Shown here one piece after another: positions 55,938-64,000 of a stretch of DNA of 64,000 nucleotides. Under the pieces are notes generated by a model. The model did not search any database and was not told the DNA's origin. It worked only from the letters and a program-made list of their open reading frames with translations. The stretch is taken from IMG/VR virus record IMGVR_UViG_3300032046_000016, positions 16,905-80,904 of that record; one strand, 5' to 3'. The first letter of the stretch is position 1, and the number at the start of each line of letters is the position of its first letter. A program made the position numbers and the translations under genes. The DNA is from a virus.

Positions 55938-56407
55938 CGCGCTTCCGCCGTCTCTGGACCTGGCGCAAGGACGAAGAGGACTTCTACCGCCGGCTGTGCA
56001 TCGGTAGGACGCTGCACGTCTGCTGCGGCAAGAGCTTCCTGGGAGACGTCCGCCTCGACATCGAGGCCACCGGCGCCGCCATGGTGATTGGCGACTACCG
56101 CCACCTGCCCTTCGCGGACAAGAGCTTCGATACGGTCATCTGCGATCCGCCGTGGGCGAAGCGGGAGCGGCTGGACGCTGGCCTGTCCTGGATCTTCGAG
56201 CTCAGGCGGGTGGCCCGCAAGCGCATCGTGATCGTCCACAACACGGTCTTCACCATCCCGGGGACCGAGCTGCAGCGCTCTTGGGCGGTGAGGTCGAGGG
56301 GCCTTCTCTACAAGACGGTGCACGTCCACCGCGTCATCCCGTCTTTCCGCATCCACTACCCCTACCCGGGCAGCGGAACGCGGGCCCGTCTCAAAGAGCC
56401 TAAGTGA
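55934..56407 (+). CDS. Small amino-methyltransferase (N6A/N4C type)
   Basis: LHVCCG, LPFADKSFDTVICDPPW. Confidence 0.7.
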   Translation: MTRFRRLWTWRKDEEDFYRRLCIGRTLHVCCGKSFLGDVRLDIEATGAAMVIGDYRHLPFADKSFDTVICDPPWAKRERLDAGLSWIFELRRVARKRIVIVHNTVFTIPGTELQRSWAVRSRGLLYKTVHVHRVIPSFRIHYPYPGSGTRARLKEPK

Positions 56408-56608
56408 CCGGCGCCCGCGGCCTGAGAATCCCGCGACGGGTCAGCTCGTCCTCGACAACCTGGTAGCTCTCCCAGGATCGATCCATGCTGTAGGCCGGGC
56501 TCTCCCCCATCAGACGTCGGTGATCATTGGCGCCCTGGACAAAGGCGACATCGGCCTGGAGAAGAGCGGCGGCAGCGGTCAACTCGGCGTCATTCACAAC
56601 TACCTCCC

Positions 56609-57196
56609 TCACAGACCAGCGAACCGTCGAGGCGCCGGTGGCCTTCTCTTGCGAGGCTGTCTCTTCTCAGGAGCCAGGGCGGTGTGCTGGGTGAGCTTGA
56701 GCTGGCCCCAGAGCGCCGCCATGATGGCGTCGGCGATGTCGTCGAGGGGCGTCCCATCCCTGTCAGGCACAGGAATCCCCAGGAGCTGCAGATAGCGCAG
56801 GACCGCCACCTTGCTCGGCGTGCCCTTCCGCTGCCGGAAGCTGATGATGCTGCGGATCGAGACGACGGCGATCTCGTACGTCGTGACCCGCTCGGCGGCG
56901 CACGCCAGCAGGCAGGCGGCCCGGGCCTGGGCCAGCACCTCGACGGTCTGCTGCATACTCGTCTCGGACGAGCGGGCCCAGCCGCCAGGCTTCTCCAGGA
57001 AGGCGGCCACCGGCCGGTGCTGCCGGATCACCTCCGCCGTCGCGTCGTAGAGCTGCAGGAGCCGCTGGGCGCGGTCCTCGCCCTTCGTCGTCACCAGGCG
57101 CCAGTGGACGACGGCGCGCTTCCGCATCACCACCAGGCCCGTGCTGGACAGGGACGGGTCGAGGCCCATCACCAGCGGCGCAGTCTCGTCACTCAC
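56609..57196 (-). CDS. RuvC-like Holliday junction resolvase
   Basis: MGLDPSLSSTG, FLE, K..V, DIADA. Confidence 0.82.
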   Translation of the reverse strand: MSDETAPLVMGLDPSLSSTGLVVMRKRAVVHWRLVTTKGEDRAQRLLQLYDATAEVIRQHRPVAAFLEKPGGWARSSETSMQQTVEVLAQARAACLLACAAERVTTYEIAVVSIRSIISFRQRKGTPSKVAVLRYLQLLGIPVPDRDGTPLDDIADAIMAALWGQLKLTQHTALAPEKRQPRKRRPPAPRRFAGL

Positions 57197-57569
57197 TCTC
57201 GCCCTCAATCAGCACGTGCCACACGCAGCGCGGCGCGTACCAGTCTGTCCCCGCCATCGACTTGCCGTAGGGAAACTGACTGCAAGGCAGCGGCCGTTCG
57301 TCGTATCGCGTGCAGGTCCCGGTGCCGTCAGCCTCGCGCCGAAAGCGCCGGCAGCGGTACAGGTGCGTCCCGTCACGCTCGCCTAGATAGGTCAGGTCGC
57401 GGAACCAGGCGGCCGTCGGCTCGTCCACCAGGACAGCCTGCCCGTCCCACTTCCTCTCGCGGACCGACAGCACAAGGTTCAGCGGTCGTGACAGGCAGAC
57501 CTGCTCGCAGCAGTCGCCACAGCGATTGCAGACGAGCTGGTCGAACTCAGCCCGGCTGATGCTCCTCAC
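57189..57569 (-). CDS. YkgJ-like CxxCxxCC protein
   Basis: CNRCGDCC..C..Y..RP..C..FP. Confidence 0.8.
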   Translation of the reverse strand: MRSISRAEFDQLVCNRCGDCCEQVCLSRPLNLVLSVRERKWDGQAVLVDEPTAAWFRDLTYLGERDGTHLYRCRRFRREADGTGTCTRYDERPLPCSQFPYGKSMAGTDWYAPRCVWHVLIEGESE

Positions 57570-58065
57570 CGCTCCCTCTCAGCGCTGCCTGGTCTTCCAT
57601 CCAGCCTCGAACCTTCTTGACAATACCGAGGGCTACCTGAAGCTCTGACAAGTCGGCGGACTCAGACGTAACCTGCACCGCGAAGGCGATCAGGCCGGCG
57701 GCGAACCGCAACGTCTGGATGCGCGCTTCGTCAAGGCCGAGAGGGACACGGACCTCGGACAGGTAGGCCAGAGAGGATAGGTCGGGGCCCACGCCGGTCA
57801 TCAGATCGCCCCGGCAGGCAAGCGACATGATCACCACCTCAGGCGGTAGCGGTAGCGGATGCTCAGGAGTGGCGCGCATCAGGTACGTCACCGTAGCGGC
57901 CAGCGCCCGACCTGTGTAGTCGTGCGTGCTCGGGTCCCATTCCCGGAGCTGGAGGACGTCGCCGACCTGGTAGCCGCGATCGTCGATGCGGGCCTCGAAC
58001 CGTTTCCGGCCGCTGGCGATGGCGTTGAAGGACTCGGGCCAGCATTTCAACTCGTGCGTCGTCAT
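57547..58065 (-). CDS. DUF3850 (ASCH/PUA-like) protein
   Basis: HELK.WP..F..I.SG.KRFE.R.DDRGYQVGD.L.LREW..YTGR. Confidence 0.85.
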   Translation of the reverse strand: MTTHELKCWPESFNAIASGRKRFEARIDDRGYQVGDVLQLREWDPSTHDYTGRALAATVTYLMRATPEHPLPLPPEVVIMSLACRGDLMTGVGPDLSSLAYLSEVRVPLGLDEARIQTLRFAAGLIAFAVQVTSESADLSELQVALGIVKKVRGWMEDQAALRGSGEEHQPG

Positions 58066-58545
58066 CAGGCGCTCTCCTCTCGTCGCCCATTTCTCGCAAA
58101 CCGCCGCAGCAGCAGAGCGGCGTTCATGGGCCCCTCAGTTCGTCTCTCAAGCTCTAACAGGCCCCGGCGAATGAAGTCGTACAGCTCCTCGACCGTTAGG
58201 GCGTCTAGCGGCTTCCTAACGGTGTACGGGCCAGGCCACTGCTCAAAGCAGACCTCGAGCCGCGTCCGCTCTGCTACAGGGATAGGGCGGAGCATCTCTT
58301 CCTCGAGAGCGCGCCAGTCGAAGCCGTCAGACATCGTCATGGCAACCGTTGCACCTCGATAGGCTCACACCAAAGCCTCCATATCGGCGGGCCCACCCAC
58401 TGCAAGCGCGCCTGGCCGTGAAACTCAAGACGCACCGGTCTGTCCATCAGGAAAGGCGCTCGGCTGTGGCGACAACCAGCGCAGAACAAGTAGTGCCAGC
58501 GAAGCCGCAGACGGCTCTTGTGCAGGGCTTCCCCACTCGGTCTGC

Positions 58546-58845
58546 TCACCCGCAACGTGGGCATGGCGCCTCTACCTTCACCTTCATCACCGCCAGCAGC
58601 AGGCCGTCGTCCCACGCCTCGGGCACGTCCCATTCCCCATGCGCTTTCAGGGCGCCCAGGGGCATGATTTCCAGCGTCTCTATGCGGATGTGCCCGACGT
58701 GCGGTGCGAACCGACCCGGCTGTAGCGGATAGACACCGCCAACGTGGTAAGCCATCATGCGGCCGTTCGGCCTCACCGCCGGCCTGCATACCTCGGCGGT
58801 CTCGCCAGCCAGGATCTGCTCGACGATGCGGGCAGGGAAGATCAT
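58546..58845 (-). CDS. ASCH-like protein
   Basis: MIF...V.QILAG..Y.VG..Y.LQPGR. Confidence 0.55.
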   Translation of the reverse strand: MIFPARIVEQILAGETAEVCRPAVRPNGRMMAYHVGGVYPLQPGRFAPHVGHIRIETLEIMPLGALKAHGEWDVPEAWDDGLLLAVMKVKVEAPCPRCG

Positions 58846-59019
58846 CAGACCGCTATCCGCCGTCTCGCCTCGTGAGGCATGTGGCCCACATGCCATCGGC
58901 GGCAGAACCGACAACGGTAGGGGGACAGCCAGGCCTTCCCCTTTCGACCCAACTGGCGGGCGGCCTCTTTCGCCGCGCTCTCGCTGGTGTAGGCCATCTT
59001 GTCGCCACAGGAGAGGTAC

Positions 59020-59214
59020 CTAACGTGGCGCTTGCTTGCCATCCTTTTTCCCCAGGTCCTCGATAGTGGCCTCTACACCTCTGCGCAGCAGACGGGCCAG
59101 CGCCTCGGGGCGGGAGATGCTCTTCTCTATGGCGTAGTGATCAACGGCCTTCACTAGCTCGACCGGCACCCTAACGTGCAGGACACGGACACGCCCGTCG
59201 TCATTGCTTGCCAT
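59020..59214 (-). CDS. Ribbon-helix-helix protein
   Basis: LHVRVP.EL...VD.YA....SR.EA...LL. Confidence 0.7.
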   Translation of the reverse strand: MASNDDGRVRVLHVRVPVELVKAVDHYAIEKSISRPEALARLLRRGVEATIEDLGKKDGKQAPR

Positions 59215-59439
59215 CGGCCTCTGCCCATGACACCTTCATGTCTACCTCGCGGCCACACTGGAAACAGACGTGCACGTACAGGAGATACCAGGTCGGCACG
59301 GACGCCGGCAGCTTCGAGAAGAGCGCCGACGCGACCCGTGGCCGTTTCTTCGGACCGTGCACGGGGCAGGACACCGCCTCGATCACCACGTCTCCGGGCA
59401 ACGCGCGGCGGGGCCTGCCCCTGCGCCGGAGTATGGACC

Positions 59440-59982
59440 TCACCAGGGGCGGGGCTGCTCTCCCGCCTCGGCCGGAGCCTCGGCAGCCGCCGTCTCAGCA
59501 GCCTCGGCGGTCTCGGCGATCTCCTCCACCGTGGCCGCCGGCGGCTCGGATGCCGTAGTCAGATCGCCCTCGGTCACGTTGGCGGGGCTCTCCGCACCAG
59601 CCTCAGCGAGCGCGGGCTCAGGCTCGGCCAGCGCGTCCTTCTGTTCGGCCTCGGCGTCCATTCCTGTGGGCTCGCCTTCAGCCGCCTCTGCGGGGGCCTC
59701 GGCAGCCGCCTCGGTAAGCGGGACCTCTTCGGCAGGGGCCCCAGTGGCGGCGTACACTGGCCTGCCGACGAGCCGGACCTTGATGAGCTGCACCTGGTTG
59801 CCAGCCACGGCCACGGCCCGCGGGTCGGAGCCTTCCACTGGTGGCCCTGATCTCGTCGCCCCCTCGTCCTCGAAGGCGGGCGAGACGTCCAGCACCATGT
59901 ACTCGACGTGGCCCACCTCCTCAACCCCAGCAGGCATCGGCCTGCCTACCCGCTGCAGCCGGTCTCCAATACGTAACGTCAC
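59440..59982 (-). CDS. Protein with acidic Ala/Glu-rich tail
   Basis: AAGGAG RBS; low-complexity C-terminus. Confidence 0.5.
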   Translation of the reverse strand: MTLRIGDRLQRVGRPMPAGVEEVGHVEYMVLDVSPAFEDEGATRSGPPVEGSDPRAVAVAGNQVQLIKVRLVGRPVYAATGAPAEEVPLTEAAAEAPAEAAEGEPTGMDAEAEQKDALAEPEPALAEAGAESPANVTEGDLTTASEPPAATVEEIAETAEAAETAAAEAPAEAGEQPRPW

Positions 59983-60004
59983 GACTTCGGACTCCTTCCT
60001 GCTG

Positions 60005-60565
60005 TCACCAGCAATTGGCCCACCCGCCTGTCCCGGCGGGATCGACGCCCATGTTCACCCAGGTGGCCGCGCACCACCCTTGCTCGAACGGGTCTAGGGG
60101 GTCGGCGTCCGGCGAGCGCCTACACTTCGCCCATGTGCCCGGATCGAACTGAAGCAGGCCGTAGTGACGTCCTTCGCCGCAGTCCCAAGAAGGGCACTCA
60201 CACGGGACGACCACCTCGACGAAGTGGCTCCCCCACTCAGGCGGACCGGCTGCGGCGCGGTACCCGGCCAGGAACGCCTCGGCGGTGCTGGGAAAGCGAG
60301 GTGGCGCTGGTGCCCCGGACACCACAACAGCAGCAACCGGAATGGGTATGGCCGGCGCAACCGGCTGCGGCGTCGGAGCCGGAACGACAACTGGTGAAGC
60401 CGCCGCAGGCACCACGAGCTCAGGCCGAGCCACAAGTAGGCTATCCACACTGCCACGGCCCCATAGACCAGCACCCTCAGGATCTCTGTCAGCGTAGTCA
60501 ACACCTCCTCTCGCAAATACAGCGACGGCGACCGTTATCAGAAGCAGCCAACCGGCCACCGCCAC
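60005..60565 (-). CDS. Membrane-anchored lysozyme-like/Rpf-type transglycosylase
   Basis: N-terminal TM; CE...HYGLLQFDPGTW...W..C. Confidence 0.6.
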   Translation of the reverse strand: MAVAGWLLLITVAVAVFARGGVDYADRDPEGAGLWGRGSVDSLLVARPELVVPAAASPVVVPAPTPQPVAPAIPIPVAAVVVSGAPAPPRFPSTAEAFLAGYRAAAGPPEWGSHFVEVVVPCECPSWDCGEGRHYGLLQFDPGTWAKCRRSPDADPLDPFEQGWCAATWVNMGVDPAGTGGWANCW

Positions 60566-60637
60566 TCGGCGGCTCAGCGTGTATCTCCTCCGCTACGCCT
60601 TGCCTCTCGCACGGTACACCTCCTTCGGCTAGGTGGC

Positions 60638-60874
60638 TCATGCCAACCCTCCCGCGCCTTCCGCTTCTTCCCGCTGGCGTGCCTCCAAGGCGACTATCTC
60701 TCGCTCGCCAGCCGCGATGATCGTGTCGAAGACGGCCGCGGCGATCCTCTTCCTGGCGGTAAAGCAGAGCCGGCCGACGTGACTACGAAGCACGTGGCCC
60801 ACAGCGTTAAAGAGCTCGCCAGCGGCGGCGTCCGCCATCTCGAACCTGCCGTCAGTCACGACCTCGCCGTCCAT
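60638..60874 (-). CDS. Hypothetical protein
   Basis: Coupled to DnaC-like gene. Confidence 0.45.
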   Translation of the reverse strand: MDGEVVTDGRFEMADAAAGELFNAVGHVLRSHVGRLCFTARKRIAAAVFDTIIAAGEREIVALEARQREEAEGAGGLA

Positions 60875-61890
60875 CACAACCCCACCGGCACCTGGGCGAC
60901 GCGCCGCAACGATGGTCCCTTCACCTCGACAATCAGCGCGTCCTCCTGCATCCGGCTGGCCAGGCGCGGGCCCACGTCTTCCGTCAGAGCGACGGGGTCG
61001 TAGTTCGTCGTGACGATTACCGGCAGGCCGGCGTTGTAGCGCGTCCCCACCAGGAGCGTCAGCTTCTCCAGCGCGAAATCGACCACCCACGAGTCGTCGC
61101 CTGTCCGCTCCGACGTCCTCACATCGTCCAGGACGAGCAGCGGCACGATCAGGCAGTTGCCTATCAACGCTTCCACGGCCGCCGCATCGCTGCGCTTCAG
61201 CCTCATCTTCTGCATAAGCAGTTGGCAGTCCACGAACCGGCCTGCCTGCCCCTGACCCAGCCGCCCCTTCAGCGCGGCCACGGCCAGCCCTGTCTTCCCG
61301 CCGCCGTAAGGCCCCCAGAGGAATAGGTTCGCGCCAGCCTTCCGCTCGATCCAGGCGCGGACCGCCTCACGCGCCTTGCGGTCGCCTGGAAAGGACGCCA
61401 GCGTGTGATCCAGGAACCGGCGCGGTATGCACGACTCGTCGAACATCCTCGCCACCTGCGCGCGCCGGTACACCTCAAGCCGCTCCGCATCCTGCGCCTG
61501 ACGCCTCTGCCCGGCAGCGCAGTCGCAGTACTCAGAGAACGTGATGGGACCGGGCCTGCCCCCAAAGCCTTCCACGATGATGCCGGCGCCCTCTGCCGGA
61601 TAGACCACATCGCCCATGCCGCCGATACCATGGCACTTCTCACAGCCGTTATCAGGGGCTCCACCCCATCTCTCGCATGACCCTTTCGGCAGTGCCGTGG
61701 TCAGGACGCCGGCGATGTGCCTGGGCCCCTCCTGCTGCTGCAGCAGGGCTTCGAGCTGGGCGATCGACGCGTTGTCGGCCACCTGAAGGCCGTACACCCC
61801 CCTCAGCGCCCGCAGCATCAGCCGCCGGCCCTTCTCCTTCCTCAGCCTGAAGGCCGTCGCTGTCTCCCCGGCGTTGCGCGTGATCGGCAT
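60874..61890 (-). CDS. DnaC/IstB-like helicase loader
   Basis: CEKC..C.C Zn site, IPRRF, GPYGGGKT, LLVLDD, RY..LP.IVTTN, SRM. Confidence 0.88.
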   Translation of the reverse strand: MPITRNAGETATAFRLRKEKGRRLMLRALRGVYGLQVADNASIAQLEALLQQQEGPRHIAGVLTTALPKGSCERWGGAPDNGCEKCHGIGGMGDVVYPAEGAGIIVEGFGGRPGPITFSEYCDCAAGQRRQAQDAERLEVYRRAQVARMFDESCIPRRFLDHTLASFPGDRKAREAVRAWIERKAGANLFLWGPYGGGKTGLAVAALKGRLGQGQAGRFVDCQLLMQKMRLKRSDAAAVEALIGNCLIVPLLVLDDVRTSERTGDDSWVVDFALEKLTLLVGTRYNAGLPVIVTTNYDPVALTEDVGPRLASRMQEDALIVEVKGPSLRRVAQVPVGL

Positions 61891-62395
61891 GGTGGTGGTC
61901 CCCCTCTGTTTCTTGTTTCCTATGGTTCGTGGCAGGATGGGATAGACCCTTCATCCCTATACGGATGGTAGGGGTTATCCCTTCTGGACAGGCCCCGTAT
62001 CCCGCCTGGGAATTTCCCGACACGATGTAAAGGCAGCCGGTCTCCAGCGCCATCTCGAGCTGCGGCGGGCCCACGCCTGGCCACTCGAAGATCAGCCGGT
62101 TGAACGACCACTGGCCGGCCTCAAGCAGGAGGACATGGGAGCGAACGAGTCGGTGGGCGGCGCGCCTTGCGTATGCCCAGTTGGGGCCGAACATCGCGCG
62201 CCATTGCTTCGGGGCTACCGCCGCGTGACCGTCGTCCCGGCGCCAGCTATAGACCTGGAGGGCGAGGAAGGCGCAGACACGGGTCTGCAGCGGCGTCAGG
62301 TCAGCCGCTGCGATGCCATACTGGATCAGCTTAGGGATTGCGGTGTAACCGTCTTCGATGGCGGCGACGCCGCGGCGGAAGTCCCCCTTCGCCAT
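61652..62395 (-). CDS. Lambda O-like replication initiator
   Basis: EDGYTAIP..I...LT..Q.RV...VYSW N-terminus; upstream of DnaC-like gene. Confidence 0.65.
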   Translation of the reverse strand: MAKGDFRRGVAAIEDGYTAIPKLIQYGIAAADLTPLQTRVCAFLALQVYSWRRDDGHAAVAPKQWRAMFGPNWAYARRAAHRLVRSHVLLLEAGQWSFNRLIFEWPGVGPPQLEMALETGCLYIVSGNSQAGYGACPEGITPTIRIGMKGLSHPATNHRKQETEGDHHHADHAQRRGDSDGLQAEEGEGPAADAAGAEGGVRPSGGRQRVDRPARSPAAAAGGAQAHRRRPDHGTAERVMREMGWSP

Positions 62396-62426
62396 GTGCC
62401 CTCCTGCTTCGTGTGACGGAACGTGT

Positions 62427-63407
62427 CTACAGACCCGCAGCCTCGGCAACCGGCTTGTCCGGATACGGATCGGACCCCTGCCTCTTGAGAACGTTCAGGT
62501 CCACGCGCTGCTGGTGGTCGCAGTGGGGGCAGAGGACCCATCTGATGGCGTGGGCGGTAAACGATACCTCCTCACCGCCCTCTGAGCTTGGCGCCTGGTC
62601 GAGGCCGAGATCGGCCTTGAGCTGCGCCAGCGAGTAGCCGCCCTTCTCGAAGTTGGTGATAGCGAGCTGCAGGGCGGCCTCGGGATCGGCTGCCTGGGCG
62701 ACCACTTCCAGGTAGCTCACAGGCAGTGGCGGGTGCTCCATCCGCTCAGCGTGCGGCAGAAACAGGATCTCGAACATCCGGGCCCGCGCGTACACCAGGC
62801 TGCGGCTGACGCTGAAGAACTTGGCGACGCCCTCGGCCCAGCCCTCGCCGTAGGTCGAGCGCTGCCGGCAGTAGAAGTAGAAGGCGGCGCGGACGACGTG
62901 CGACCAGCCCTCGTGCTCGACGAGGTTCTGATCGACGGCCTTCAGATCGTCCCAGCGCAGGGCGGCGACCGCCTTCACCTGGAGCGGTCCGGCGATGCTG
63001 GCGTGCTGACCGAGAGCCGTGTTCAGGACGTCCAGCGACCCCGACCAGGGCTGATACCAGCGCGAGATCACCCGCTGCTCTTCGGGCAGAGAGGGATCGA
63101 TCACCAGCCATTGGGGGAGATCGATCAGGTCGCCGGCCTCGGGCTCCACGTACTCCAGGTGCCAGCGTTCCTGGCTGACGTTCCCGTGGCAGCGGTCACA
63201 GAGCGTCATGATATTCTCGCGCTCGTCGCCACCGCCCCGGCTGCGGTAGATGATGTGGTGTTGCTCGAGGTTCTTGGTGGTGCCGCAGATCTCGCAGTAC
63301 TCCAGGAGCGGCGGCACCTCGACCTCGTAGGCGGCCGTCACGGGCGGCGTCTTGATCGCCCCCCTCGGCTTCTCCGCTGTGGCTGTGCTTCCTGCGTTCC
63401 TTGCCAC
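62427..63407 (-). CDS. HNH-domain protein
   Basis: CEICG..HHIIYRSRGG.D..N..LC..CH; AAGGAGG RBS. Confidence 0.78.
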   Translation of the reverse strand: MARNAGSTATAEKPRGAIKTPPVTAAYEVEVPPLLEYCEICGTTKNLEQHHIIYRSRGGGDERENIMTLCDRCHGNVSQERWHLEYVEPEAGDLIDLPQWLVIDPSLPEEQRVISRWYQPWSGSLDVLNTALGQHASIAGPLQVKAVAALRWDDLKAVDQNLVEHEGWSHVVRAAFYFYCRQRSTYGEGWAEGVAKFFSVSRSLVYARARMFEILFLPHAERMEHPPLPVSYLEVVAQAADPEAALQLAITNFEKGGYSLAQLKADLGLDQAPSSEGGEEVSFTAHAIRWVLCPHCDHQQRVDLNVLKRQGSDPYPDKPVAEAAGL

Positions 63408-63554
63408 CTGACGCCCTCCTTAGACGGCGAGACGGCACCCTGCGGATACAGGATGCCGTCTCTTCTCAGCGGGACAGACCGCCGTTGCCTACGCCGCTTT
63501 CACTGCCTTGACCAGCCATCGAGGCGACCCCGATTTTCGCCCCGTCTCACGTGA

Positions 63555-63603
63555 CACCCTGTCACGGTGGAGATCGAGGGTTCGAATCCCTTCGGGGTCG
63601 CCA
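63555..63603 (+). other. Prophage att site: 3' half of tRNA-Asp(GTC)
   Basis: CACC-CTGTCAC-GGTGG anticodon arm, GAGGGTTCGAATCCCTT T-arm, GGGGTCGCCA end; no 5' half upstream. Confidence 0.88.
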
Positions 63604-63816
63604 ATAGTCAAGTGATGGCCGCTGGCCAAATTGGTCAGCGGCTTTGCCATACCAGCCCCCAACACATGGCGAAACTCCGGCTGGGGAACCAGCTCCGGCA
63701 AATTCCCCATTCTGAAGTCTATTTAGAGACTTTCGATTATTGGGACCGGCAGTTGATATGACCCGGGCCCTTTGATGGAGGTGCGGTTTGGAGAGCGCGC
63801 CTGTCCAGCCTGAGGC

Positions 63817-64000
63817 CTAGAGCTCGCGGTAGTTCACGAGCTGATGGAGGTCGACGGTTCCGCTCTCGGAGATGTTCTCCGCCTCGATGCCCGCTTCCTC
63901 GGCGGCGGCCACGGGGTTCAGCCCGCCCAGCAGCACCATTCCGATCTTGTTCAGCCCAACGGGCATCTGGCAGAGAGGTTCACTGGCCTCGCCGATCAGG
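63817..64000 (-). CDS. Host NrpR/DUF128-domain regulator, 3' end
   Basis: Manual translation LIGEASEPLCQMPVGLNKIGMVLLGGLNPVAAAEEAGIEAENISESG..; GGLNPVAA motif. Confidence 0.72.
   Translation of the reverse strand, partial: LIGEASEPLCQMPVGLNKIGMVLLGGLNPVAAAEEAGIEAENISESGTVDLHQLVNYREL

Larger units (their letters stand above)
1..63603 (-). mobile_element. Prophage (tailed phage), continues beyond left edge; right boundary at tRNA-Asp-derived att site
   Basis: Co-oriented terminase, portal, MuF, capsid, head-tail and replication genes, ending at a partial tRNA 3' duplicate followed by a host-type gene. Confidence 0.93.

Noticed and set aside
63543-63558. 12/16 match to canonical parS (CGTCTCACGTGACACC)
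   Set aside because: Imperfect and overlaps the att core; better explained as part of the recombination site
63520-63603. Complete tRNA-Asp gene
   Set aside because: No acceptor-stem 5' strand or D-arm upstream; only the 3' half is present
63489-63761. ORFs 63489-63710(-) and 63567-63761(+)
   Set aside because: Spurious translations across the tRNA fragment

Overview
About 63.6 kb of the window is the right-hand part of a large, GC-rich prophage, with nearly all genes on the minus strand. It ends at a duplicated 3' half of tRNA-Asp(GTC) at 63555-63603 (att site), followed by the 3' end of a host NrpR-like gene. Cargo genes and the flanking gene suggest a Chloroflexota/Dehalococcoidia host (inference). 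Gene order from att leftwards: HNH and replication genes (O-like initiator, DnaC-like loader), RuvC-like resolvase, TOPRIM, PolX, MarR, HerA-like ATPase, DUF5131, SbcD/SbcC, secreted surface-protein morons, ParB, Ku plus ATP-dependent ligase, DUF932, a second ParB, and a stand-alone MgsA-C domain. Then come a methyltransferase/aminotransferase/Gmd/glycosyltransferase/ParB cassette, terminase, portal, MuF, a ~1100-aa multi-enzyme/prohead-protease polyprotein, scaffold, major capsid and head-tail genes. Tail and integrase genes are not in the window. Main candidate novelties: (1) a + strand small RNA at ~10896-10960 complementary to an extended RBS (ACAGGAGGGCACC) shared by several early genes; (2) a head polyprotein (NTase-MTase-ligase-phosphoesterase-protease) carrying a copy of the capsid N-terminal arm, preceded by a Com/mom-like translational switch; (3) a perosamine-type sugar cassette beside the terminase; (4) three copies of a 16-bp parS-like palindrome together with three ParB genes; (5) a broad double-strand-break repair kit. 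All calls come from motif reading by eye; no searches were run.
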